Source: Clostridia bacterium
GTDB taxonomy: Bacteria > Bacillota > Clostridia > Oscillospirales > CAG-272
Length of the DNA: 64,000 nucleotides
Assembly (NCBI GenBank): GCA_017412045.1
Contig: JAFQOX010000017.1
Coordinates: 6,183 to 70,182, forward strand
Direction of reading: 5' to 3'
Shown here piece by piece: positions 24,280 to 34,478 of this stretch; within the stretch, counting starts at the first letter, position 1, and each line of letters opens with the position of its first letter. The position numbers and the translations under genes are program-made. The notes beneath the pieces are model-generated. The model was given only the letters and a program-made list of their open reading frames with translations. It ran no database searches and was not told the DNA's origin.

Positions 24280-24786
24280 ATGTTTTGTCCTCACTGTATG
24301 AAAAAAATTCCTCAAACCGCCGACACTTGTCCATTCTGCGGTCAGCCTGCTCATGTCCCGATTGCAGGTATGGCGACTCTCAGAATCAGCTGTCGTCCGC
24401 ATCTTCCTGTTTGGATGATGATTATGTACCCCATCAATTATTTTGCCGGATATAATGTATATATTTCCGTAGACGATCAGAATTACATTTTGAAGAGCAA
24501 AAAGTTGCAACTGGACGTGCCCGTTTCCGTCGGCACGCACAAGATCCGCATTTCCTCGATGAGCAAAAAGTCTGCCAAGGCTATGAAATTTGCCGGAGCT
24601 GCCATGATGTTCGCCGGACAGGTTGCGGGCGACACCTCGACCGTATACGCGGGATCTGCTCTGGAGGATTGGGGCAGGGCGTTCTCCGGTGACGGCATTT
24701 CCGTTACCTTTGCTCCCAATGAATTGTATCCCATCGCTGTCAAACTTGGCTGGAACGGTGCGCTGGCAGAGGATAAGCAGAAATGA
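24280..24786 (+). CDS. Zinc-ribbon domain protein of unknown function (168 aa)
   Basis: N-terminal CPHC-x11-CPFC zinc ribbon, followed by a beta-rich region (YISVDDQNYILKSKKLQLDVPVSVGTHKIRIS). Confidence 0.6.
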   Translation: MFCPHCMKKIPQTADTCPFCGQPAHVPIAGMATLRISCRPHLPVWMMIMYPINYFAGYNVYISVDDQNYILKSKKLQLDVPVSVGTHKIRISSMSKKSAKAMKFAGAAMMFAGQVAGDTSTVYAGSALEDWGRAFSGDGISVTFAPNELYPIAVKLGWNGALAEDKQK

Positions 24787-25451
24787 GCTTGAAAGGCGAT
24801 TTGGAGCTCTGTCTGGAGTATGCGGAATCATTGGAAGATAAGCAGGCGCAGCGAGTACAGGCGCAGAATGGTATCATTTTTATACAAAATGAAAGCGAAC
24901 GCTTGAAAAATAAGCTGAAATTCTGCATGACACTGACGGTTCTTGCTGTTATCGGTATCGTGATTCTGGCGCTTGCCATAGTTGCCTGTCGCGACATCCG
25001 AATTGAGCTTTCTATCTTTACGGTCTCTCTGGGGGTCGTGGGCGGCGTTGCTCTTTTCAATTATCTCAAGACGAAGAAGGAATCGGACGAGCTGGAAACC
25101 CGAAAGCCCGTCCTGCTTCAGCAGTATACCGCAGAAGCCGAAACCTGCGAGCGGGATATGGTTGAGCTGCTGAGAGAAATCTATCAAGAGGGCTTGTTTG
25201 ACATCGTCCCGGCAGACTATTTTTCTGTAGCGGCAATTGAATTTTGTCTGAACCAGGTGCGCAAAAAAGTGGCGACTACAGCTCCCGAAGCATTCCGACA
25301 GTTGGATGCCGAGATCAGACGTCTGGAGCATATGGAGCATCTGGAGCAGATGAACAATGCGCAAATGGAAAAATTGGAGGATATTGAGCGGGCGATCAAC
25401 CTCAATACCATTATTACTGCTATGAAAGAGGAAGAGAAGAACAGACAGTGA
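24783..25451 (+). CDS. Membrane protein with two TM helices flanked by coiled-coil-like segments (222 aa), unknown function
   Basis: ATGA overlap with the upstream gene. TMs are MTLTVLAVIGIVILALAIVAC and LSIFTVSLGVVGGVALFNYL. The C-terminus is charged and heptad-like (RRLEHMEHLEQMNNAQMEKLEDIERA). Confidence 0.55.
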   Translation: MSLKGDLELCLEYAESLEDKQAQRVQAQNGIIFIQNESERLKNKLKFCMTLTVLAVIGIVILALAIVACRDIRIELSIFTVSLGVVGGVALFNYLKTKKESDELETRKPVLLQQYTAEAETCERDMVELLREIYQEGLFDIVPADYFSVAAIEFCLNQVRKKVATTAPEAFRQLDAEIRRLEHMEHLEQMNNAQMEKLEDIERAINLNTIITAMKEEEKNRQ

Positions 25452-25469
25452 ATTCGTAGCATGACAAAA

Positions 25470-25508
25470 AACCACACAACAGACTTAAATGTCGTTGTGT
25501 GGTTTTTG
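25470..25508 (+). terminator. Rho-independent terminator
   Basis: AACCACACAAC...GTTGTGTGGTT followed by TTTGTG. Confidence 0.7.
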
Positions 25509-25535
25509 TGCATCCGATGGTAGAATACAGAAAAC

Positions 25536-26300
25536 TCAATTTTTCGGAAACCTCTTTCCGCAGAACATACAGAACAGCGTTTCGGGCGGCGAAAATTCTC
25601 CGCAGGCCTCGCATTTTTTCATGCTCTTGATCCGATTATCGTGAAATTCGCGGATGAGGGTAAGCACGCCCTCGTCCAGAACGCCGTCGATGACGGCGGC
25701 TTCGATGACGGTATCGGAAACGCGGATGTACTTCATCAGAACGGAGAGAAAATGCCAGTCGATCTCTCCGCGGATGATCTTATCAAAGATAGAAAGCTTC
25801 GCGGAGAAATTCATGAAGGGCAGGGTTTTTTCCAGAAGCGCCGTATCGATGCTTTGGAAATCCGAGGATTCGAGCAGCTCCCAGAAGCCTCTGTCGCTCA
25901 TATAGGAAAAGAGCGATGCGAGATTGGAAATGTCAATGCCCTGTGAGGCAAAGCCCTGAATGGCGCGGTCAAGCGCGCTGGGCTTCAGCAGGGGCGCGAT
26001 ATTCTCCAGCTCGTGAATGTTGCAGCGGCAGGTCCCGAGGTCCTTGCCGAGCGCGGCGTTTTTCAGAAGCTCCTGCTCGCCGTCGGTCGGGGCGCCCGCG
26101 CCGATCAGCTCGTCGATGGAAATTTTGAAGATCTCGGCAATTTTGACGAGAATGGAAATATCGGGGAAGCTGTCTCCCTTTTCGTAACGGGAAACCGCCT
26201 GACGCGTGAGATTCAGCTTGTCGGCAAGCTCGGACTGCGTCATATCGGCATTGCGGCGAAGCGTGGAAAGATTCGCACAGAAAAGATCGGCATCAAACAT
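25536..26300 (-). CDS. XRE-family HTH regulator with a C-terminal zinc ribbon (254 aa)
   Basis: MTQSELADKLNLTRQAVSRYEKGDSFPDISILVKIAEIFKISIDELIG. The C-terminus reads CEACGEFSPPETLFCMFCG. Confidence 0.8.
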   Translation of the reverse strand: MFDADLFCANLSTLRRNADMTQSELADKLNLTRQAVSRYEKGDSFPDISILVKIAEIFKISIDELIGAGAPTDGEQELLKNAALGKDLGTCRCNIHELENIAPLLKPSALDRAIQGFASQGIDISNLASLFSYMSDRGFWELLESSDFQSIDTALLEKTLPFMNFSAKLSIFDKIIRGEIDWHFLSVLMKYIRVSDTVIEAAVIDGVLDEGVLTLIREFHDNRIKSMKKCEACGEFSPPETLFCMFCGKRFPKN

Positions 26301-26336
26301 AGAAAAGTCCTTTCGGGCAATGATAATGAACGGTTG

Positions 26337-29300
26337 TTATTTGTAGATCACGGCATCCGATCCGAGGATCGTTTGCAGAAGCTTATACATATTGGGCAGA
26401 AGCTGGGTTTCCCTGCCGACCGCCTTGACGTACTTTTTCGTCGTGCTGTCATAGAAAATCACGGGCGTCGTTCCCTCGAAGATTTCGAGCAGGCTGCAAG
26501 CGCGTCGGCATTCCTCGCTCTGCATACCGGGAACCTTCAGATAGAGCGTTTTGGGCTTCTGCGGAGCGGACGGAGCGGGCGCTTGCACAGGCGCGGATGG
26601 GATCGGCTGCGCATTGCTGTCGGAACGGCGCTTGGCGGCAGCTACGCTGTCGGGGATCTCTCTTTTCTGATAAACGGGCTTTTGCAGGGGTGTTGCTTCT
26701 CCCGTGAAATGCTCCTGTAGGATCTCGACGGCGGAGACGAGGAGCTTGGGTGCGCCGTCCTCCGTGACGGAAAGCTCGCCGATCGCCGCGATCGGCGTAT
26801 CGGGAGAAAGCAGATGCGTGTACTTTTCCAGCACCTTGGGGAAAACGACGAGCTCCATTTCTCCGAATCGGTCCTCGATCGCAATGAAAGCCATCGGCGC
26901 GCCCGTTCTGGTCTGCTTGTTGGTCCTGGAGGTGATCATGCCTCCGACGGTCACGGTCTCGCGATCCCGATAACGGCACGGCTCGTCCTCGGACTCGGAC
27001 GCAAAGCCGCCGAGCGATTCTACGGCGCCGAGCGCGCTTGCGTGCGCCTTATAATCGTCGAACGGATGTCCGGAAAAATACATTCCCATGCTTTCTTTTT
27101 CCTGATAGAGCCTTTCCTTTGTGGAAAGCTCGGGCAGGTCCGGGTAGGCGTAATCGGGCTCGGGATAATCCTCCTCCGCGGTGAAGTTGCCGATGGTGAA
27201 AAGATCGAGCTGACCTTCGACTCTTCCGCGATTCTTTTTGACGTAGATGTCAATGATCCTTTCATATTCCGAGAGGAGCGCCGCGCGTTTGGTTCCGAGG
27301 GAATCGAAGGCGCCGCTTTTGATCAGACCTTCTACCTGCCGTTTGTTCAGCTCGCGGCTGCTCATACGGGAAATGAAGTTTTCAAACGAGGTGAAGCGTC
27401 CGGAGGCGCGCTCGTTCATGACCTCGAGCAGGAAGCTCCTGCCGACGTTTTTGACACCGAGCAGACCGAAGCGGATCGCGCGTTTCCCCTCGTGATCGAT
27501 CACGCTGTAAAGCTCGCGGCTTTCGTTGATGTCGGGGCCGAGAACGTGGATCTTCATTTTTTGCGCCTGATCAATATAGACGGCGGTTTTCGTCATATTG
27601 CCCAGCACGGAGGTGAGCAGGGAGGCGAGATATTCGCAGGGGTAATGCGCCTTCAGATACGCGGTGCGATAGGAGGTATAGGCGTAGGCGGTCGCGTGGC
27701 TCTTATTGAAGGCATAGGCGGCGAAGGACGACATCGTATCGAAAATTTCGTTGGCGACGGCTTCGGAAATGCCCGCGGCGATCGCGCCGTGACAGATCTC
27801 CTTGCCGTTTTCGTCCTTTTCACCAAAGATGAAGGCGTGTCGTTCGTTCTCCATTTCCTGCGCCTTCTTTTTGGACATGGCGCGGCGGATGATGTCGGCT
27901 CTGCCGTAGGAGAAGCCCGCGATATCGCGGCAGATATTCATGACCTGCTCCTGATACAGGATACATCCGGAGGTTTCGTCGAGGATCCTTTTGAGCTGAG
28001 GCGCACTGTATTTGATCTTTTCGGGGTGCGCACGGTATTCGAGAAATTTCGGGATGGAATCCATCGGACCGGGGCGGTAGATGGAGATGGCGAGGATGAT
28101 ATCCTCCAGACAAACGGGGCGCATGGCGGTGAGCATTTTTCGCATACCGCCCGATTCCAGCTGGAAAACGCCGTCGGTCCTGCCCGAGGAGATCAGCTCG
28201 TAGGTCAGCCTGTCGTCAAAGGGTACGCGCCGCAGATCGAAATCGGGCTCGCGCAGACGGATCTGCTTCTCCGTATCGGACATGATCGTGAGATAGCGGA
28301 GCCCGAGGAAGTCGAATTTCAACAGACCGACCCGCGCGACGGTATCCATGGGGAATTGCGTGAGGATCATTTCGTCGTTGACGGCGACGGGGACGTATTC
28401 GTGCACGGGCTTGTCCGTGATGACGATGCCCGCGGCGTGCGCGGAGGGATGGCGCGGCATACCCTCCAGAGCTTGGGAGATATCGACCAGACGGCGGACG
28501 TTCTCGCTCGTTTCGTACATATCGCCGAGCGCGCCCGACATGGCATCCGCGATCGTGACGTGCAGGTCGTTGGGAATGGCTTTGGCAACGACGTCGACCT
28601 CGGCGTAGCTCATACCGAGCACCCTGCCGACGTCGCGGATGACGGCTTTGGCGGCAAGCGTTCCGAAGGTGGAGATGCCGCAGACGTGATCCCTGCCGTA
28701 TTTTTCGGAAACGTATTCGATGACCTCCTGGCGTCGGTCGTAGCAGAAGTCCGTATCAAAGTCGGGCATACTGACGCGCTCGGGGTTCAGAAAACGCTCG
28801 AACATCAGATGGAAGCGGATGGAATCGACGTCGGTGATCCCGACGAGATAGGCGACGAGGCTTCCCGCACCCGAGCCTCGTCCGGGACCCGTGGGGATGG
28901 ACGCGCTCTTGGCGTAGCGGATGAAGTCGGAGACGATCAGATAGTATTCCGCGTAGCCCATGCCCGTGATGACGGACAGCTCATATTCGATGCGCTCGCG
29001 GTAGACGGCTTCGGTGTGCTCCCCGTGAAAGACGATCTCTCCGTCTGACACCTTCTTTTCAAAGCCCTCCATCGTCAGACGGCGCAGATAATCCTCGGGC
29101 GTTTCTCCCGTGGAGGGGCGGAAGCGGGGCAGATAGAGCTTCGTGAAATCAAAATCAAATTGGCAGAGATCGGCGATCCTCTGCGTATTTTCGACGGCGT
29201 TCGGATAATCGCGGAAGAGCGCGGTCATTTCCTCCTCGCTCTTCATATAAAATTCATCCGTCTCAAAGCCGAAGGGTCTGCCGTCGGCAATTTTATTGCC

Positions 29301-29975
29301 CGTCTGTATGCACATCAGGACCGCCTGCGTGTCGGCATCGTTTCTGCGGAGATAATGCACGTCGTTGGTCGCCACGAGCGGGATTCCCGTTTCCCGTGAG
29401 AGACGGAGAAGATCCCGGTTGAGCGCCTTCTGCTCCGCGATGCCGTGATCCTGAAGCTCCAGATAATAGCCGTCCTTGCCGAACAGCTTTTGCATGGAGA
29501 GCGCGTGCGCCTTCGCCTTCTCGTATTCGCCGTTGGAAAGCAGACGGGGAACGTAGCCCGCCAGACAGGCGGAGAGGCAGATCAGACCCTCGCAACGCTC
29601 CTCCAGAAGTTCAAGGTCGATGCGGGGCTTGGAATAGAAGCCCTCCGTATACGCCTTGGAGACCATATAGATCAGATTTTTGTATCCGGTTTCGTTTTTG
29701 GCGAGCAAAACCAGATGGTAACGCGCGCTGTCCGTTTCATGCCGCTTGTCAAAGCGGGAGCCCGCGGCAACGTAGACCTCGCATCCGATGATCGGCTTGA
29801 CACCGTATTCCAGGCAGGCGCGGTAAAAATCCACGACGCCGTACATCGCGCCGTGGTCGGTGATGGCGACCGCCTTCTGACCGAGCTCCGCGGCGCGGCG
29901 GGGAATGTCGCGGACACGGCAGGCGCCGTCAAGCAGACTGTATTCGCTGTGCAGATGAAGATGAACGAACGGCAT
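26337..29975 (-). CDS. dnaE: DNA polymerase III alpha subunit
   Basis: MPFVHLHLHSEYSLLDGA PHP N-terminus, 1212 aa, typical DnaE blocks (PDFDTDF, GLLKFDFLGL). Confidence 0.95.
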   Translation of the reverse strand: MPFVHLHLHSEYSLLDGACRVRDIPRRAAELGQKAVAITDHGAMYGVVDFYRACLEYGVKPIIGCEVYVAAGSRFDKRHETDSARYHLVLLAKNETGYKNLIYMVSKAYTEGFYSKPRIDLELLEERCEGLICLSACLAGYVPRLLSNGEYEKAKAHALSMQKLFGKDGYYLELQDHGIAEQKALNRDLLRLSRETGIPLVATNDVHYLRRNDADTQAVLMCIQTGNKIADGRPFGFETDEFYMKSEEEMTALFRDYPNAVENTQRIADLCQFDFDFTKLYLPRFRPSTGETPEDYLRRLTMEGFEKKVSDGEIVFHGEHTEAVYRERIEYELSVITGMGYAEYYLIVSDFIRYAKSASIPTGPGRGSGAGSLVAYLVGITDVDSIRFHLMFERFLNPERVSMPDFDTDFCYDRRQEVIEYVSEKYGRDHVCGISTFGTLAAKAVIRDVGRVLGMSYAEVDVVAKAIPNDLHVTIADAMSGALGDMYETSENVRRLVDISQALEGMPRHPSAHAAGIVITDKPVHEYVPVAVNDEMILTQFPMDTVARVGLLKFDFLGLRYLTIMSDTEKQIRLREPDFDLRRVPFDDRLTYELISSGRTDGVFQLESGGMRKMLTAMRPVCLEDIILAISIYRPGPMDSIPKFLEYRAHPEKIKYSAPQLKRILDETSGCILYQEQVMNICRDIAGFSYGRADIIRRAMSKKKAQEMENERHAFIFGEKDENGKEICHGAIAAGISEAVANEIFDTMSSFAAYAFNKSHATAYAYTSYRTAYLKAHYPCEYLASLLTSVLGNMTKTAVYIDQAQKMKIHVLGPDINESRELYSVIDHEGKRAIRFGLLGVKNVGRSFLLEVMNERASGRFTSFENFISRMSSRELNKRQVEGLIKSGAFDSLGTKRAALLSEYERIIDIYVKKNRGRVEGQLDLFTIGNFTAEEDYPEPDYAYPDLPELSTKERLYQEKESMGMYFSGHPFDDYKAHASALGAVESLGGFASESEDEPCRYRDRETVTVGGMITSRTNKQTRTGAPMAFIAIEDRFGEMELVVFPKVLEKYTHLLSPDTPIAAIGELSVTEDGAPKLLVSAVEILQEHFTGEATPLQKPVYQKREIPDSVAAAKRRSDSNAQPIPSAPVQAPAPSAPQKPKTLYLKVPGMQSEECRRACSLLEIFEGTTPVIFYDSTTKKYVKAVGRETQLLPNMYKLLQTILGSDAVIYK

Positions 29976-30002
29976 AAGATTTCCTTTCTTTTGACGGCGG
30001 AA

Positions 30003-30890
30003 TCATTCCGCCTGTCGGAGAGATTGATAAAGAGAATAGATTTTTTGCAGGCGCTTGCTGACCTGCGATTTCGAGATGGGGGGATTTTCGAGCGCGGCAA
30101 GCTCTGCGAGCGTGAGCGTATCGTTTTCCATGCGGAGCTTTGCCGTTTGCTTGAGCTCGGGCGGAAGCTTGTCGAAATCGCCGCTTTCCATCAGGCACTG
30201 AATGGCTTCGATATAGATGCCCGAGGCAGTGATGCTTTTTGTGATATTGGCGATGTCGCAATTTTTCTTGCGGTTGACCTCGTTGGTCTTTTCCTTGAGC
30301 ATCTGCGCGTTGATGATGGCGAACGCCGCCTTGTTCGCGCCGATATAGGAAAGAAAATATTCGATGCTTTCCGTATCGCGGTAGTAAATGATCTGATTGC
30401 CGCGGCGGACGGAGAGCTTGGGCAGTCGGAAGTGCCGCGTGAGCGCGGTCGCGCTGTCGCAGGCGACGTCGGCATCGACGGTGGACAGCTCGATGCGTCC
30501 CGGCTTGTCGGGAGGATTGACGAAGCCCGAGGCTAAAAACGCGCCGCGGAAGAACATATTGTCGCATTTTCTGCACGAGAAAAAGCGTGTGATCGTTTCG
30601 TCGCCGTCGGCTTTGACGGTCAGATGGCGGATGCGCTCAAAATTTTCGCCCGAAAGCTCGGTTTTGTAAGCGGCGCCTGCTCTCTTCATTTCCGCTTGCA
30701 CGTCCGCGACGGCGGAAAGCGCGTGAGAGAACATATCGAAAACCTCGCGGGAATCCGTTTTGAAGGTCAGCACGTTTTCCGCCGAGATGGGGGAAAAGTG
30801 GAGCATACCCGCCAGACAGGCGGTCAGACAGCAGCTTTTTTGTATGGATTCCTGCGCGAGAGCGGATTTTGTATCGCCGGAAAAAGACAT
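30003..30890 (-). CDS. whiA: DNA-binding protein WhiA
   Basis: MSFSGDTKSALAQ...CCLTACLAGMLHF N-terminus and C-terminal HTH (LTLAELAALENPPISKSQVSKRLQKI). Confidence 0.85.
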   Translation of the reverse strand: MSFSGDTKSALAQESIQKSCCLTACLAGMLHFSPISAENVLTFKTDSREVFDMFSHALSAVADVQAEMKRAGAAYKTELSGENFERIRHLTVKADGDETITRFFSCRKCDNMFFRGAFLASGFVNPPDKPGRIELSTVDADVACDSATALTRHFRLPKLSVRRGNQIIYYRDTESIEYFLSYIGANKAAFAIINAQMLKEKTNEVNRKKNCDIANITKSITASGIYIEAIQCLMESGDFDKLPPELKQTAKLRMENDTLTLAELAALENPPISKSQVSKRLQKIYSLYQSLRQAE

Positions 30891-30924
30891 TTTACAACTC
30901 CTGATTCTACCGTATTGCTGTATA

Positions 30925-31806
30925 TTACTGTATGTGAATGATTTCGGTCTCCAGAAGGATGCCGAATTGACTGTAAACCCTTTTTTGCGCGGTTTCCGTC
31001 AGACGGAGAATATCGTCTGCGGTTGCGTTTCCGCGGTTGATGATGAAATTGGCGTGCTTTTCGGAAATTTCCGCGCCGCCGATGCGGAGACCCTTGAGTC
31101 CTGCCTGCTCGATCAGCGCGCCGGGGAAGGCGCCCTCGGGACGTTTGAAAACGCTGCCCGCGTTGGGATATTCGAGCGGCTGCTTGGAACGGCGGGATTC
31201 CATGTTCTGCTTTGCCTTCGCGGCGATCGCTTCGGGATCGCCCGGCGTCAGGGTGAATTCTGCCGAAAGAATGACGTCGTCGGTCGAGCGGTAAACGCTG
31301 GTGCGGTAGCCGAAGGCGTGATCCGCCGCCTCTCTGCGGTGAATGACGCCGTCCCGCAGATATTCGCTCGCCGTCAGAACGGCGGAGATCTGTGAGCCGT
31401 AAGCGCCCGCGTTCATATAGACGGCGCCGCCGACCGTTCCCGGAATGCCGAAGGCGAATTCCAGACCGGAAAGCCCCTTTTTGGTTGCTGCGGCGGCAAG
31501 CCCCGTCAGAGAAGCGCCGCATTCGGCGGTGACCGCAGAGCCATTCCAGCTTACGCGGCGCATCGCCGTCGTGAAGATCGCAAGTCCGTCGAAGCCTCTG
31601 TCGGAGAAAAGGATATTGGAGGCGTTACCGACGATGATATAGCGAACGCCGCCCTCCCCCGCTCTTGCGATCAGCGCGGAAAGCTCGTCTGCGCACGTCG
31701 GAAAAGCGGCGAGCGCGGCGGGACCGCCCACGCGCATGGTGCTGTGAGAAGAAAGCGGTTCGTTCTCACGGATGATACGTTGAAAATCTTGAAAAAGCGT
31801 TGTCAT
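30925..31806 (-). CDS. murB: UDP-N-acetylenolpyruvoylglucosamine reductase
   Basis: MRVGGPA, IIVGNASNILFSD, NAGSVFKRP, GGAEISEKHANFIIN. AGGAGG RBS precedes the ATG at 31806. The track ORF extends to 31866. Confidence 0.9.
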   Translation of the reverse strand: MTTLFQDFQRIIRENEPLSSHSTMRVGGPAALAAFPTCADELSALIARAGEGGVRYIIVGNASNILFSDRGFDGLAIFTTAMRRVSWNGSAVTAECGASLTGLAAAATKKGLSGLEFAFGIPGTVGGAVYMNAGAYGSQISAVLTASEYLRDGVIHRREAADHAFGYRTSVYRSTDDVILSAEFTLTPGDPEAIAAKAKQNMESRRSKQPLEYPNAGSVFKRPEGAFPGALIEQAGLKGLRIGGAEISEKHANFIINRGNATADDILRLTETAQKRVYSQFGILLETEIIHIQ

Positions 31807-31996
31807 AGAGCCTCCTGATTCGTACTGACGGAAAAACGTCCTTTTATAAATATATTTCCAATTCATTATATCAAATTATTCAAAAAAAAGATATAGTTTT
31901 TCAAAGATTTTTCAAACTTTTTCTTGACAAAAGCAAAACACCGTGATAGAATGAAAGTGTTCCAAACAGAACAGTTCTGTGAAGGTTGGTGATCGG

Positions 31997-32689
31997 ATGT
32001 TATCAAAAAAGGAAAGAGAATGCAGGGAGAGGGTTCTTCGCGGAACCGCCGTCTTTGCGGAGATGTCTGCGGAAACGGAAGCCGTTCTCGGCGCGCTGGA
32101 GGAGACCGACTTTTCTGCGGGCGAGACGATCGTCGATGCGGAGAACTACGGTTCGTTCCGCGGACTCGGCGTTTTGCTTTCGGGCAAGGCGTGCGTATAC
32201 GGGAAGGGGAGCGATAAGCACATTCTGCTCAACCGTCTCGGCGCATCGGACGTTTTCGGCGCGGCAACGGTGTTCTTTTCCGAGCGCGAGGCGGTCAGCA
32301 CCGTCTGCGCGCAGACGAAATGCCGGATCCTTTTCATAGAACGGAACGTATTGGAAACAATCATCAGAAACGATTTTGCCGTTGCCTCGGCATATATCGC
32401 GTTTCTTTCCGAAAGGATCTTCTTCCTGAACCGAAAGATCACCGGCTTTACGGCAAAACGCGCGGATGCCGCCCTTGCGGGCTATCTTCTGCGCGCGGCG
32501 GACGAAAACGGCGAGCTTTCCGTCAATATGTCGAGGATCGCTTCTTCTCTCGATATCGGCAGAACGACGCTCTACCGCGCGGTCGATATGCTGAAGCTGG
32601 AGGGCGCGATCGCCCACGACGGAAAGAAAATGCGGATTCTGGACAGATCGCTTCTGGAAAGAAAGATCAAGCCGAGAAACGCAAAATAA
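31997..32689 (+). CDS. Crp/Fnr-family transcriptional regulator
   Basis: cNMP-binding-like N-terminal domain and C-terminal HTH (SRIASSLDIGRTTLYRAVDMLKLEGAI). The start could be 31979. Confidence 0.75.
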   Translation: MLSKKERECRERVLRGTAVFAEMSAETEAVLGALEETDFSAGETIVDAENYGSFRGLGVLLSGKACVYGKGSDKHILLNRLGASDVFGAATVFFSEREAVSTVCAQTKCRILFIERNVLETIIRNDFAVASAYIAFLSERIFFLNRKITGFTAKRADAALAGYLLRAADENGELSVNMSRIASSLDIGRTTLYRAVDMLKLEGAIAHDGKKMRILDRSLLERKIKPRNAK

Positions 32690-32716
32690 TGAAAAAATGA
32701 AAGAAAGGTGTATCAC

Positions 32717-33706
32717 ATGAAAAAATTTTTGGCTTTGTTGCTGGCGGCAGTCATGGTGCTTGCTCCGGTATCCTGCAACAACAATAAAGGCGGCGAGGAC
32801 GACGACGTCACGGTCCGCGTACTTGCTCTGAAGGGGCCCACCGGTATGGGTATGGTTCAGCTGATGGAAAACAGCGAGAACGGAACGGCGAAAAACAAAT
32901 ACGAGATCAATCTCGCGGCGGCTCCCGAGGAGGTTTCCGCGGCAGTGATCGCGGGTACGGTCGACATCGCGGCAGTTCCCGTCAACCTCGCTTCCGTGCT
33001 CTTCAATAAGCCCGACGTGGATATCAGCTTTGCGGCGATCAACACGCTCGGCGTTCTCTATATTCTCGAAAACGGTAATACCGTGAACAGCCTTGCCGAT
33101 ATCAAGGGCAAGAAGATCTACGCGACCGGACAGGGCGCGACGCCCCAGTATATCCTCGAGCATCTGCTCAAGGAAAACGGCATCGATCCCGCAACCGACG
33201 TGGAGATCGAATATATCGCGGAGCACGCTGAGCTTGCAACCAAGCTTGCGGCAAACGACGCGGCGATCGGTCTGCTTCCCGAGCCTCAGGTCACGAGCGC
33301 GCTGATGACTGCCAAGAAAAACGGCAACAACGATCTCCGCATTGCGCTCAACGTCACGGAGGAATGGCAGAAGCTGGGCGACGGCGAGCTCGTTCAGGGC
33401 TGCATCATCGTTTCCGACAAATTCAAGAAAGAGCATCCCGAAGCTTTTGCAAAGTTCATGGAAGAATATAAGGCATCCGTCGCTTACGTCGTCGGCAATC
33501 CCAAGGACGCTTCCCTTCTGATCGAAAAGCACGGCATCGTTCCGAAGGCGGCGCTCGCGGAAAAGGCGATCCCGAACTGCAATATCTGCTGCATCGACGG
33601 TGAAAACGGCATTGCGTATATGAAGAACATCCTGAACGTCCTCTATACCGCAAACCCCAAATCCGTCGGCGGTAAGCTTCCCACGGACGAATTTTATGGC
33701 GAGTAA
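32717..33706 (+). CDS. ABC transporter substrate-binding lipoprotein (NMT1/Ssu-like, aliphatic sulfonate/nitrate/taurine class)
   Basis: MKKFLALLLAAVMVLAPVSC lipobox. It sits in the SBP position ahead of an SsuC-like permease and an ATPase. Confidence 0.7.
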   Translation: MKKFLALLLAAVMVLAPVSCNNNKGGEDDDVTVRVLALKGPTGMGMVQLMENSENGTAKNKYEINLAAAPEEVSAAVIAGTVDIAAVPVNLASVLFNKPDVDISFAAINTLGVLYILENGNTVNSLADIKGKKIYATGQGATPQYILEHLLKENGIDPATDVEIEYIAEHAELATKLAANDAAIGLLPEPQVTSALMTAKKNGNNDLRIALNVTEEWQKLGDGELVQGCIIVSDKFKKEHPEAFAKFMEEYKASVAYVVGNPKDASLLIEKHGIVPKAALAEKAIPNCNICCIDGENGIAYMKNILNVLYTANPKSVGGKLPTDEFYGE

Positions 33707-34478
33707 TATTCTGAAAAAGGTTTTGCGCGCGGCGTTCTGCTTTGTTTTCTGGATATTGCTGTGGCAAGCTTTTTCGGCGGTGTTGGCGCGCCCCACGGTG
33801 TTGCCGACGCCGCTTGCCGTTTTTCGGAAGCTGTGCGAGCTGATGGGAACGAGCCGCTTTTATCTGGACTGTCTGTATTCGCTGGGCAGAATTTTCGCGG
33901 GGCTGATCCTCGGTATCCTCGGCGGTGCGCTGATCGCCTCGCTCTGCGCATGGCTCGGCATATTTGACGGCGTGCTTTCGCCCGCCGTTTCCGTGATCAA
34001 GGCGACGCCTATCGCTTCGATCATCATTCTCATGCTCTTCGTGATGGAGAAAAGCTACGTTCCGATGGTATCCGCCATGCTCATGGCGCTCCCGATCGTC
34101 TTTTCCAACGTCAGAAAGGGCATCTCCTCCGTTCCGATGGAACTGCGGGAGGTGGCGGACACCTTCGGCTTCGGCTTCGGAAAGCGGCTCCGATACTGTC
34201 TGCTTCCGTCCGTGATCCCCTATTTCTCGGCATCCTGCCGTTCCTCCCTCGGTCTGGCGTGGAAGGCGGGCATTGCGGCGGAGGTCATCTGTACGCCGAA
34301 ATATTCCATCGGGCTCAATCTCAACAGCGCGAAGGTCTATCTGGAATCGGAGGAGCTGTACGCGTGGACGATCGTGGTCGTGATCATGAGCGTTCTGATC
34401 GAAAAGGGCGTGATCCGCCTGTTGGATTGCATGGTGAAGAACGGAGGGATGAAAAATGTTAAAGCTCTTGAAGATTGA
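33696..34478 (+). CDS. ABC transporter permease (SsuC/TauC-like)
   Basis: Six hydrophobic spans and a BPD-transport EAA-like loop (ELREVADTFGFGFGKRLRY). Overlaps its neighbours. Confidence 0.8.
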   Translation: MASNILKKVLRAAFCFVFWILLWQAFSAVLARPTVLPTPLAVFRKLCELMGTSRFYLDCLYSLGRIFAGLILGILGGALIASLCAWLGIFDGVLSPAVSVIKATPIASIIILMLFVMEKSYVPMVSAMLMALPIVFSNVRKGISSVPMELREVADTFGFGFGKRLRYCLLPSVIPYFSASCRSSLGLAWKAGIAAEVICTPKYSIGLNLNSAKVYLESEELYAWTIVVVIMSVLIEKGVIRLLDCMVKNGGMKNVKALED

